A DNA stretch of 64,000 nucleotides from Salpingoeca rosetta (taxonomy: Eukaryota; Protista; Choanoflagellata). A model generated the notes under the pieces. That model was not told the DNA's origin. It did no database searches and was given only the letters and a program-made list of their open reading frames with translations. How positions within the stretch are numbered: position 1 is the first letter of the stretch; every line of letters starts with the position of its first letter. A program made the translations under genes and the position numbers. The DNA lies in NCBI GenBank assembly GCA_033442325.1, contig JAWQFM010000002.1, positions 2,734,639-2,798,638 of the forward strand, written 5' to 3'. This document shows, one piece after another, positions 12,991-31,913 of this stretch.

Positions 12991-13225
12991 CCCTGCTTGC
13001 TTGTCCTTCTTATTCTGCTGCTTTTTTCTTGCTTGCTTGCTGACCGATTTGTCCCCCAAGCAACACAAACAACAACAAACAGTAACGGTTGCTTGCAGCA
13101 CCCCACCCCCACTCCTCCCTCACCTCACGCCACCCACTCACACCACCCCCACTCCTCACATCACGCCACTCCACATCAACAGTCACCCCCCCCAACTCCT
13201 TTCTCACACCACCCCGTCGCTGACA

Positions 13226-16200
13226 ATGGCCTCGAGGGTCGGCAGCGCAACAGGCGACGACGGCGGGTTGGAACTGCGCAACGTCTCATCTCCACCCACG
13301 CCGCCAATGGATCTCGCGCAGGATGGCCGCCCGCAGTCCCGGCGCATCGCATCGGTCGTGCGCCGCGTCTCGCGAAGCGCCCGCCGGGCATCCTCGCCGC
13401 TGGTCCAAAGCGACGGCAGCACAGCCGCTGCCACCGACACCGCCGCTGCCACCGCGACGAGGACATCGACGCCGCTCACAGCCACAACAGCGTTTTCGGT
13501 GCGCACCACGCCCGACACAACCAAGCCGCGGCACCACAACTACAACGGCAGCGAGGAGGAGGAGGAGGACGACGACGACGAGGACGGATCGGCAGATGCA
13601 GAGGCAGTGACGCCCGGAAAGCTGGATGGCCACCTTGGGCACATCGAGACGGTGGTCGCCTGCTCGGACTCGCTGGCGCTCTCGGGTGCGGCAGACGGCG
13701 TGGTCAAGGTGTGGCGCATCGCCGATGATGGCCTGGAGCGCATCGCCGAGCTCAAGGGCCACGCAGAGGGCATCACGCAGGTGGTGCAGACCACAGATGG
13801 CACGCGCGCAATTACGCTCAGCAGCGACGAGCTGGTGCTCAAGGTGTGGGATTTATCGACGCGCAAGTGCCTGCGCACGTTTGACTTCTTTGAGTACCGC
13901 CAACAGGAGGAGGAGCACGCAGAGCCGTTTGGTGAGAGCGACGTCGATGGCCACCACGCGCCAACAACAACAACATCAGCAACAGCAACAACAGCGACAG
14001 CAACAAGACCATCCAAGGCAACGCCAGGGTCTCCAATCCATGTGAAACGCACATCAAAGCACAAGGGCCGGCACACGGTGCATGCACGCAAGAGTGGCGC
14101 GGACAGCAGCCATTCAAATCAAAGCGGAAGCGGCGGTGGTACGAATACGAAAGCGAACAGCAAGGGCAGTGCCAATGCTAATGCTGGTACTGGTGTTGGC
14201 GGTGATGAAAACGCTGATGATGCTGATGATGATGACGATGCCGATGATGACGACGACGAGGATGATGAGCTGGATGTTGACGCTGCTCATTCAGACACGC
14301 CGACCAGCCGCGCTGGCGGCAGCGGTGGCGGGCGACCGCCATGGAGGCAGGTGCGCATTGCGCCACCGCATCCTCCACATGGCAGCAAGAACACGACAGC
14401 AGCGGTGCCAGCGGCAACCAGCAAGGACATTGAGGTGGAGATTGATGCGTGGGTGACGACGATGGTGCTGTCTGCGGACAACAGCACGCTGTATGTGGCT
14501 GCCGGTGATCCGCCAAAGATCTACGCCTGGGATCTGAACACGTTCGTGTGGGAGCCCGTGGTTACAGAGGCCACGGGCATCGTGCAGTGCATGGCCATTG
14601 ACGCGACGCACAACCGCTTGTTCACCGCCACAGACACGGGCATGGTGGATGTGTGGGCGCTGCCGCCGCCCAAGGCATCAACGCCGTCGGCGCCGCTCAG
14701 GCACGTGGCCACCCTGCCTGCGTTTGCCGACAAGAAGAAGACGAAGAAGACTGCGGTGTGGTGGATTGCCGCTGCGCCCGACGGCACGTTTGTTGCGGCC
14801 GGCGGTGCGAGCAAGCACGTGCTGGTGTGGTCCAGCGACAGCGTGGCCGCAGCCATCAAGCGGGGCAGCGCAACAAGGACATCAGCAACAGCAGCAGCGA
14901 CCACAGCAGCAACAGCAGCAGCGGAGGTGGTGGGCGTCGCAGCGGTGATCAAGGGCCACGGCACGCATGTGTGCTGCGGCATCATCTCTGCGGACTCGAA
15001 CCGGCTGGTGACGGGAGACCAGACGGGCATCATCAAGGCGTGGTCGCTGCGGGAAGGCTTCCCCTGCGAGGCCACGCTGCCTGGCCACCGGTACGCGGTG
15101 TTGAGCGTGGCGCTGTCGCCGAGCGGGCGGACACTCGTCTCCGGCGGCGAGGCGTCGGAGCTGCGGGTGTGGGACATGGATGCGCTTGAGTGCAAAGGCG
15201 TCATGTGGTCGGTGAAGAAGATGATGCTGGACTTTATCCGCACGGAGCCCTCGCACGCGCTGGCCATGGCGCAGGAAGCGGAATTCCCTGGCCGCCACCT
15301 GGCCAGCGTGCGGCTGGCGCTGTTCCGGGCGGCGCTTGGCGCGGACACGGCGCTGGTGCTCAAGCTTGCAGAGGGCCTGTTTGCGCTGGAGGAGGCCGAG
15401 GTGGAGGCTGGGGCGCCACGCGCGCGCCTTCGCCCGGGCGAGTTTGCCGTGGTCGACCCGCACCTGCTTGATCGCCCAAAGCGGCTGCGGGCGCAGCTGT
15501 CGCGGCAGGAGGACCGCAAGGCGACGCGTGTTGCCACGCGGCCGCTGGTGCTGGACATGCACCAGCTGTGCGGGGAGCCGGGGGAGCGCAACACGCTCTT
15601 CTCCGAGCTGGTGGACAGCAACACGCCCGAGCTGTTCCAGTTCCTGCCGCTGCGCGCGGCGGTGCACTACCGGTGGACGCTGCAGGGCCGGGCATGGTTC
15701 CTGATTGAGACGGCACTGTACCTGGCGACGCTTGGGCTGCTGGTTGCGTTGTCGCTGACGACGACGGATTGGCGGCAGCCGCCGACGGGGGCAGACGCCG
15801 GGCTGACGATTGCGCTGCTTGTGCTCTTTGCCACGCTGCTTCTGGACGAGCTGCTACAGCTGATCACGCGCCCGCGCACGTACTTCACCGACATGTGGAA
15901 CATACTTGACCTTGGGCGAGGCGGCCTCATGTGCGCGTTCTGCGTGCTGCGCTTGCTTGGCGACGGAAACGCGCGCACGCCGCTGGCGGTGGTGGTGCTG
16001 CTGCAGTGGGTTGGCCTGCTGTACTTCCTGCTGCCCTTCAAGAACCTTGGCCCGATTGTGATCATGGTCATCCGCATCCTCCAGGACACGTATGTGTTCC
16101 TCGGGCTGCTGATCATTGTTGTGCTTGGCGCGACCAACAGCTTCTTTGTGTTCTTCCGGGGCTCTGGCGGCGGCACGGGCTTCTCCGACATTGCGCTGGG

Positions 16201-16828
16201 CGCGTTCACCACGGCCAACATGGTGCTGTTTGGCGACTACGACCAGTCTGTGTTTGTGGACAGCTCGGACTCGCTGGCGTCGCGGATTGTGTTTCTGGCG
16301 GTGATGTTTCTCTCGCTGGTGATCCTGCTGAACCTGCTGATTGCCATCCTGTCCGACTCGTACGAGCGCGTGCAGCAGAACTCGATGCACGAGCTGACGC
16401 TGGCCAAGGCGCGCATCCTGGAGGGCCAGTACCAGTCCATTCAGCGCTGGGCCAGCCAGTTTGTGCTGGTGACGCTGCTTCTGCCGCTGCTGGTGCTGTC
16501 GTCCCTTGTTGGGCTGCTCACGTTTGGGCACTGCGGGCATCGGCTGCTGGCTGTGGGGCAGTGGTTGCAGGGCATTTTCCTGCCGCGCAAGTGGCCGCAG
16601 CACCTGCTCGTTCTGATTCCGCAGGGGACCGAGCAGGGCGAAACGCCGCGGCACGAGTGGCAGGGCGTCCTGAACGAGCTCAAGACGTGCGTGCGCGTGT
16701 ATCATGGGGACACAACCAATGCGGTGGCGCATCTCCAGAGCAAGGTCAACACGGTTGAGCGGCGCCTCGATGCCATCGAACAGCGCATCACGGCCCTCCT
16801 CGACCGCCTCCATCCCCGCCAGCCCTAA
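13226..16828 (+). CDS. Intronless WD40-repeat plus 6-TM TRP-like cation channel (TRPW-like), about 1200 aa
   Basis: Single uninterrupted ORF. WD40 repeats (GH...VKVW, GH...LKVWD, GH...IKAWS, GH...LRVWD). S1-S6 helices with YFTDMWNILDL, a pore helix ending LFGDYD, S6 LLNLLIAILSDSYERV, and a C-terminal coiled coil. Confidence 0.9.
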   Translation: MASRVGSATGDDGGLELRNVSSPPTPPMDLAQDGRPQSRRIASVVRRVSRSARRASSPLVQSDGSTAAATDTAAATATRTSTPLTATTAFSVRTTPDTTKPRHHNYNGSEEEEEDDDDEDGSADAEAVTPGKLDGHLGHIETVVACSDSLALSGAADGVVKVWRIADDGLERIAELKGHAEGITQVVQTTDGTRAITLSSDELVLKVWDLSTRKCLRTFDFFEYRQQEEEHAEPFGESDVDGHHAPTTTTSATATTATATRPSKATPGSPIHVKRTSKHKGRHTVHARKSGADSSHSNQSGSGGGTNTKANSKGSANANAGTGVGGDENADDADDDDDADDDDDEDDELDVDAAHSDTPTSRAGGSGGGRPPWRQVRIAPPHPPHGSKNTTAAVPAATSKDIEVEIDAWVTTMVLSADNSTLYVAAGDPPKIYAWDLNTFVWEPVVTEATGIVQCMAIDATHNRLFTATDTGMVDVWALPPPKASTPSAPLRHVATLPAFADKKKTKKTAVWWIAAAPDGTFVAAGGASKHVLVWSSDSVAAAIKRGSATRTSATAAATTAATAAAEVVGVAAVIKGHGTHVCCGIISADSNRLVTGDQTGIIKAWSLREGFPCEATLPGHRYAVLSVALSPSGRTLVSGGEASELRVWDMDALECKGVMWSVKKMMLDFIRTEPSHALAMAQEAEFPGRHLASVRLALFRAALGADTALVLKLAEGLFALEEAEVEAGAPRARLRPGEFAVVDPHLLDRPKRLRAQLSRQEDRKATRVATRPLVLDMHQLCGEPGERNTLFSELVDSNTPELFQFLPLRAAVHYRWTLQGRAWFLIETALYLATLGLLVALSLTTTDWRQPPTGADAGLTIALLVLFATLLLDELLQLITRPRTYFTDMWNILDLGRGGLMCAFCVLRLLGDGNARTPLAVVVLLQWVGLLYFLLPFKNLGPIVIMVIRILQDTYVFLGLLIIVVLGATNSFFVFFRGSGGGTGFSDIALGAFTTANMVLFGDYDQSVFVDSSDSLASRIVFLAVMFLSLVILLNLLIAILSDSYERVQQNSMHELTLAKARILEGQYQSIQRWASQFVLVTLLLPLLVLSSLVGLLTFGHCGHRLLAVGQWLQGIFLPRKWPQHLLVLIPQGTEQGETPRHEWQGVLNELKTCVRVYHGDTTNAVAHLQSKVNTVERRLDAIEQRITALLDRLHPRQP

Positions 16829-16847
16829 AGACTGTTTCTTCTGCATG

Positions 16848-16947
16848 GTGCTGTTTTGTGTGCTGTTTTGTGTGCTGTTTTGTGTGCTGTTTTGTGTGCT
16901 GTTTTGTGTGCTGTTTTGTGTGCTGTTTTGTGTGCTGTTTTGTGTGC
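16848..16947. repeat. Perfect 12-bp tandem repeat (GTGCTGTTTTGT)x8 just after the channel stop codon
   Basis: Directly visible in the sequence. Confidence 0.95.
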
Positions 16948-17602
16948 ATAACAGTAGCAGTAGCAGTAGCAGTAGCAGTGGCGGTAGCAGTAGCAGTGGC
17001 GGGGGAAGAGGAGGAAGTGTGGGGGGGGGGCGTTAAGCGGTTGTTGGTGTTTGTTGTTGAGATGTGGAAGCCTTTGTGTTTGCCTTTGCCCTTTTGTTTT
17101 CTGATAGCTGATTCCATGCAATTTTACGGGACGGAACTGCTGAAATTTTTTAAAATTTTTGCAGAATAGAAAAAACCCACAAGTGTGCAAACTGAATCAA
17201 TTTTATGATATGTTAGAGCGCTTTGTGAGAAGAGCATCTTTGCGCAGAGGCAAGACGGCGCGCAGTGAGGTGCAAACCGAGCGGCTGTTTTTGCTGATTG
17301 AAAACTTTCAGTTCCAATACCCCGGGCTGGCTTCATTGCTTGACCCAATATTTGGAAACCGAAAGGTTAAACCCCTCTCAACACAAAACAAAGAAATGTA
17401 CCTGAAGATGGCTTTTGCAGCCTTCTGCGTGTGTCTGTATGTGTGTGTGTCTGTGTCATTCCATTGCATCACAACAGCTATCACCATCGTCACAACCATC
17501 ATCATCATCATCGTTTACAGCGAGGAACGCAACAAGAGCACATGTCATGAGGAGTGTAACAGAAAAAGCAGTACTGACAAAGGAGAGTGCACCCCGGTCA
17601 AT

Positions 17603-20732
<3,130 letters not shown>

Positions 20733-20845
20733 CCTCCTGGTGGGTTGGCTGGTTGTCGTGGCAGACACTTTGGGTTGTTTGTTGTTTGTGTGTTTGCGTC
20801 AGAAGCCGCTTTTGGCGTCATGCATGATTGCTGTGCTGACTCATC

Positions 20846-20903
<58 letters not shown>

Positions 20904-21166
20904 TTTGTTTGTGCGATCTCACATGCTTGCTTGTCGCTTGCTGGCGCCTTTGGTGTGGAGTGTCTCTTCGTTGGTGTCATCCTCTCTGACCCCCTTTACT
21001 CCTTCTGCCTCTCCGTTCAAGAATGGTGGTGGCGGGCACAACGGTGTACTGCTCTCAGCCGCACCAGTGCACCACGCGACGCACACAGAGGAACAACAAG
21101 ACAAGGGTGAGGAGGGGAAGGAGACAAGACAACGCGCAACATCCACCAACAACAAGGGCCTTGCAC

Positions 21167-21289
21167 TTAGAGGTCCGTCTGGATGAGGCCTGTACAACAG
21201 CAAAGCAGAGCAGGCAGGCAGGCAAGCAAAGCAAGCCAAACGCACATGCGCGTGTGATGCGATGTCATGTGAGTGGGAATCAAAGCTGG

Positions 21290-21322
<33 letters not shown>

Positions 21323-21902
21323 ACAAACACACATGCACCTGCACAAACAAACGGTACACGTGCACACAATCTTTCTCAAGTGCAACATCCACAAAGCAGC
21401 TCGACACAGTGCAAGCGACATCTGCTGTCACAACGCTGTGACAACACACAGCCCCATCAAGACAACAACAACAAAACTTCACAGATACGAAAACAACATG
21501 CACTCGTGCCTGCACTGACCAGGAGGAAGCGATTGCCTCAGCTTGTCTGCCTTGTCTTGGTCTGTGACTTTGAGGGTGTACAAGTACCGGCTGCAGCGGA
21601 CCTTGAACTTGACGTAGCCCTTGGTCTTCATGATCTTGACGGCTGTGGATCAGCAGCAACAAAACAATCAAGCACGGTGAGTCGGTGGTGCACGGGTTGT
21701 ACAGACGATCAAGCAGGTGAAGTGTGGTGTAACGAGGGGAAAGTGAAGCGCGTCAAGTGGTAGCATATCGGCGACCAAAGACAAGCACACACAAGCACAT
21801 TCAAACACGCAGTCTTTCTCTCCCTCTTGGACTCTCTTGAGCGCAGACACAAACAACAACAGTTACAACAGCGACAACAACTCCCGCCTTGATAACACTC
21901 GC

Positions 21903-21934
<32 letters not shown>

Positions 21935-22281
21935 AAGCACAAGGACGACGAGCAAACGCACTCTTCGCGTCCTTGCGGCGCGCGGTCATGAGGAACTCCT
22001 TGATCTCCTTGATCTCCTTAGGCTGTGCATGACACGGAACAACAACATGAGCGACACGAACAAGCGGTAGCGCATGATTGGTTGTGAGCACGGATGGATG
22101 GCAAAAAGGAGAAAGGTGGTGCGTGTGGTTGTGTGTGGTTGTTGTTGTGTGTGTGCGATTGTGGTTGTGCGTAAGGGAATAGGGAGGCTTGGGGAGCCAT
22201 GCGCAGTTGCCCTCTTCCACCACCACCATCAGCCAGCTCCTGCTGTCTTGGCTGCGCGCACCGCATCTTAAGCACCGCCAT
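21167..22281 (-). CDS. RPL38: 60S ribosomal protein L38 (eL38)
   Basis: Exons [20 protein letters not shown] (from 22022), [40 protein letters not shown] and GLIQTDL*. The start lies in a micro first exon whose position is uncertain (ATG GCG|gt at 22281 or ATG|gt at 22229). Confidence 0.93.
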
Positions 22282-23113
22282 CAATCAGTGGCTGTCTCTG
22301 TCTCTTCGAAACAAACGGCCTTGTGCTGATGATGCTTTCTTTGCACGGGGATGACAGAGCGAGGGCGAGCTTGTGCCGTCGTCAAACTCGTCACAGTGGT
22401 GCGTTGTCTCGGATGCCGCATCACTCAATGCAACGTGTCAAACAGCCTTGTCGTTGTTGTTATTAGTTGTTGAAGATGCTGCTTGCGCGGCTCCGCAATG
22501 GTGCGTGTGTGTCTTTTGCCTCAGAAACACAAGTTGCTTCCTGTCATGCTCCGTCGCTGTGGGCCGCATGCGTCCACATCATCATCACCATCGTTGCTGC
22601 TGGTGCTGGTGCTGGTGCTGCTGAGGCTTGGTGTTGCATGCAGTGGTTGGTGCGTGTGTGGCAAAGGGGGTCCTCACGTGCAACTTGCCACAAAGCTTTC
22701 AGTTTGCCACTTGCGGCCTCTCTCCCACACGTCTGCATCACACAACACACACGCTCACACATTACCACACACCACCACAACACACTCCCGCACACACCAC
22801 AACACACGCGGGCTTACCATGGCTGGAGGTTGGCTGGGGGTGGGTTTGGTGGTGGTGGGAGAGGCAAGGGACGGGCACGCGAACAGCACCAGCAGAAAAA
22901 AGGCACAGATGTGGAGTGGTGGTGGTGATTATTTGTTGAAGATATCCACAAATGTAGCCGCACCTCATAAAATTTCCAAAGATTTTCACCTCTTTTTGCA
23001 CAGGCAGAAATCGCTGAATCAGCAATTTTTGCCCGATTGCTGGCTGTTGGCGTTCGATGTGTGCGACAACTAGGAAAGAAGGAAGGACAAGCAGAGCCAC
23101 AAACACACAGACA

Positions 23114-23154
<41 letters not shown>

Positions 23155-23226
23155 CACACTCCAGCCACTGTTGATCTCCCTCTGTACCAGCCCATCTACT
23201 TCCAGGGAAGCAAGCAAGCTTCCATC

Positions 23227-23478
23227 ATGTCTGCGTTACCCATCATGAAGATCATGAGCTTGACCATCAAGACGGTGGCCAAGCCAATCTCAAAACTGCT
23301 CAAGGTACGTGCATGTGTGTGTGTGTGTGTGCGCGTGTGTACGTGTTCAGTGGGTATGGTGTGGGGCACTCACACTGCTGCTCCATCACTGCTGCTCGCT
23401 TGCTCCCTCACTCACATGTGTATGCAATCGCTTTCTCAATCACTGACTCACACTCACACACACACTGCCCCCCTCCAA

Positions 23479-23512
<34 letters not shown>

Positions 23513-24033
23513 CCTGCTCATGTTAGCAACAAGCCATGACGCACGAGACGCTGAGGCAGCGGGTGGTTGTGCCAGTGGGACAGGCAACCCACTGGATCTC
23601 CGTGCGACTGCAGCGGTTGACGATGAACAGCTCCAGGCGGGACGTGAAGCCACTCAGCGAAGATCTCGCCGTGACGTACGGTGCAGAGTTTATCGGCGAG
23701 TTCTTCATCTTCAGCGTGGCCACCGTCATGCTGGTCGGGGAATACAACGCCTCGGCCAAGAAATCCGCCGCCAAGGAGGCCAAGCTGCAGAGCACCCTCG
23801 CTTCCTTGCGCGATGACATTGAGCAGCTGCGTGCCCAGCAGGCGGACACACAGGAGCAGCTCAGGACGGTGCTGGCCCAGCTGCAACAGCAGCAGCAGCA
23901 GCAGCGAGGCGCCAACCCACACAACACAGCAGCTGTGGATGCCACAGCGGCGGCAGCAGCAGCAGCAGCACAGTCACCGTCTGCTAAGACCACCAGCCAA
24001 GCCGGCTTTTTCAACTTTTGGCCCTTCGGATAG
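23227..24033 (+). CDS. OPA3: OPA3-like mitochondrial protein
   Basis: Exons 23227-23304 (MSALPIMKIMSLTIKTVAKPISKLLK) and 23527-24033 (VKPLSEDLAVTYGAEFIGEFFIFSVA...EY, then a coiled coil). Confidence 0.9.
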
Positions 24034-24507
24034 TGTGTGTGTGTGTGTGTGTGTTTATGTGAGTGAGTGCGTGTGTGTGTGTGTGTGTGTGGCGATGGAG
24101 GCCGTCGCCCGGGACATGTGTGTGTGTGTGTTTCTGGCAGGTACGATAATCAACCCACCAAACACAACATAGAGTGAGCTTCACCATCTTGTGTACACAG
24201 AGTAATAAGTAAACGCTTCGATGGTTTGATGGATTAATGTGATGGATTAATGTGATGTCTGCTCATTTGGTCGAGAGGGTCCATGTAATCAAGATGCCAC
24301 GAACGACAGACAAGACAGACAAGAAAAAGGTAAACAGACAAGACAGACACCCCGCACAACAACAGGCCGCATGCTTTGTAAGGAAGGAAGAACAACAACA
24401 TCCAACAGGGGCTTCACTGCGCACACGGAGACACATACAGACACAGAGACACACAGAGGCTGTAAATGCGTGGCAGGTGTGTGTGTGTGTGTGGGGGGGG
24501 GGGGCGT

Positions 24508-29224
<4,717 letters not shown>

Positions 29225-29619
29225 CTTGCTCGCTTGTCTTGTCTGGTCTGTGTCTTGGCGTTGTCGGCTGGAGCGATATGTGTGTGTGGCAAATACCAAA
29301 GTGGCAAAAAGGCAATCGCCGACCAGCCGGCCGGTGGTGTGGCAAAATAATCTGAATCGCAGGTTGTAACAGGATAAAGCGCAGTGCGTTCGTGCCGGCA
29401 TTTTCAAATTCCATACCCCTGACACACAGGCGACAAAGCGCGGGTGTGCATTGCCAGCCAGCCAGCCATCGACCCTCCCCTTCACAACCCCTGCACACCC
29501 TCGTCCATACGCAGGCACTCAAGCGTGAGACACCCAGGAACACACAAACACAAGCAATATCACACACACAGGAACACTCCCAGAGACAGCTGCTCGACGA
29601 GCCAAGCGAGTCGTGCACC

Positions 29620-31831
29620 ATGGACAAGCGGCAAGTTCATGGTTGGAGTGCAAAGCAACCACAAGCATCAGCACAAGCACAAGCACAGGCACCAGCACAA
29701 GCACAGGCACCAGCACAAGCGCCACAGCCATCTCAGCAGCGTCATGGCTGCACTCCACATGCTGCTGTACAGCAAGGGGAGAGGGCCGGACTGCACCGAG
29801 ATTCTCAGCAACGCGAGCCACAGACAAGAGAGAAGCGAAGCGCCCTGGAAACCTCGCACGAGTCACTCATGATCACCCCGTTGCGGCGGTCCAGACCAGT
29901 GCTGAGCGCGCGGCCACGCGGTACCATGGACAGATCCATGCTTTCCCCAGTTACGGAGGAACACACTGCCAGCAAGGCTGATGGCAGTGGAAGTGCACAA
30001 CCACGGCGTCGGCAGCCACCAGTCCCATTTCGTCCGCACGTAAGGACACACATGTCAGAGTGATTCAATTGCTGCTCTGGATGCTCCCTGTGCTGCTGTT
30101 TTACTGCTACTTAGTAGTGCTCTTGCAATTTTCCGTGATATTGTTTGGCTGTGGCCGCCCTGCTGCTGCTAGTTGCAACTGCTTGGTGCTCCACCTTCGT
30201 TGGAGTTGTGCGACTTCATCCACATTGTACAGTGTGTTTTACATTGTTGTAGCAGCTCCTCGTCATGCATCGCAGGCCCATCAGCTCACGATCTGCTCTG
30301 CGTTCTACACCAATGCGTGCATCCCTGCAGAACCTTCGCATCAATGTACAGGGCGGTGGCGGCGGCGACGAGACTGTTGCCGATGACGCCGACAGCAAAG
30401 CGATGGTGCTCGATGTGGATGATGTTGCAAATGAAGACATTGCATGCAAGCGATCAAAATGCCTGGACTCCAGCCCCATCGGGACCTACAGCAGCACTTC
30501 ATCACTGCGCAGCGATCACGTCACGCCATTTGGCTCCCCAGATGAAAAGGCACAAGGTGTGTGCTTTTGTTAGCTTGTTAGCTTGTTTGTTTGTCACGTT
30601 TGTCACTTGGTTTGATTTGTTTGTGTGCATGTGATTGTGTTGTACACTCTTTTGCTCTCGCTCTCTGTTTGTCTCGCTCACTCACTCACTGACTCGCCCA
30701 CTCATATTTACACACACACACTCACTCACTCATTCACTCACTTACTTGCCCACTCACTCACTCATCACATTTGCACACTCACTCACACACACACACACTC
30801 ACTCACTCACTCATTCACTCACTCACTCATTCACTCGTTTTTCCATGGTGGTGCGTGTTACATGCCTTGTTGACTGCGCGTTGAGTCGATAGAGCAAGAG
30901 GCAAAGAGCATTGCCCGACAACAACGAATGCGAATCTTGCAGGAAGTCGTCGACACAGAGCGGACATATGTCAACGGCATTGAGACGATGCTGGTCCACT
31001 TCAAAGTGCCCATGGTCACAAGCAGCGCAATCTCACTTGAGGTACAAGTGATCGTTCCTTGTGCACTTCTGCATGTTTGCCAATGCATATGAGGGTGTGC
31101 TGCTGTGATTTTCTTGGTTGCTCCTGTTGGGAACCTGAACTGCCTGCTTTGTGGGTGGTGCCGTCACAGGAGATCACAACACCTGCTTACGCTTGCACGT
31201 GTTATCAACCAAACACCGAAGGATGCGCAACGGCTGTTCCCCAGGTCCCTGGACAAGCTCTTGGAAACGCACAAGCAGCTGCTGGAACAGCTGCAGACGC
31301 GGTTTCAGCTCTGGCCAGCAAACACAGACTCGCACGCAGGTACGTAAGGTGGGGGTTTGTCGAGCGTACGCCATACTGTGGGACCAATGAGACAAAACAT
31401 TGATGGCGTGGAATCGAAATCGCAGCAAACTTTAACACATCGTGTGCTCACGTTGTGCGTGCGTGTGTGTGTGTGTGTGTTTGCGCGATGACTTCTCTTA
31501 GCTGTGGTCGGCGATGTTTTTGGACGCGGACTTGCAAGTCGGGCGTTTTTCCAGCAATACACGGAATACGCGCGCGAATTTATCGACAGCATGCAGCACC
31601 TGGCAAAGGTAACGTAAAAGGAGAAAGTGGACGTGTTCACTTTGTATGCGCGTGTGTGTGCGTGTGAATGCTTGTCGCGTTTGTGTGCGTGTGTGGGTGA
31701 ACAGTCTGTGTGTATTGCCTGGCGCTGCTGTGCTCTTGGATGCGTCCTCTCACCTGCGTGGTTGCATTTACTTGCACCGCTCGTTTATGCGTTTTTCACA
31801 ACTCCTCACCGCCGAGTGTCTGCCTTTGCTC

Positions 31832-31913
<82 letters not shown>

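Noticed and set aside
14521-16846. Long antisense ORFs (367, 261 and 330 aa) over the WD40-TRP gene
   Set aside because: Expected shadows of a high-GC coding strand, with no recognisable motifs.
16848-16947. Regular repeat resembling a CRISPR array
   Set aside because: Perfect tandem 12-mer with no spacers, no cas genes and a eukaryotic context; the same applies to the 21-mer at 25525.
22300-23100. ORFs between RPL38 and OPA3
   Set aside because: Low-complexity translations without motifs; better explained as promoter and UTR sequence.
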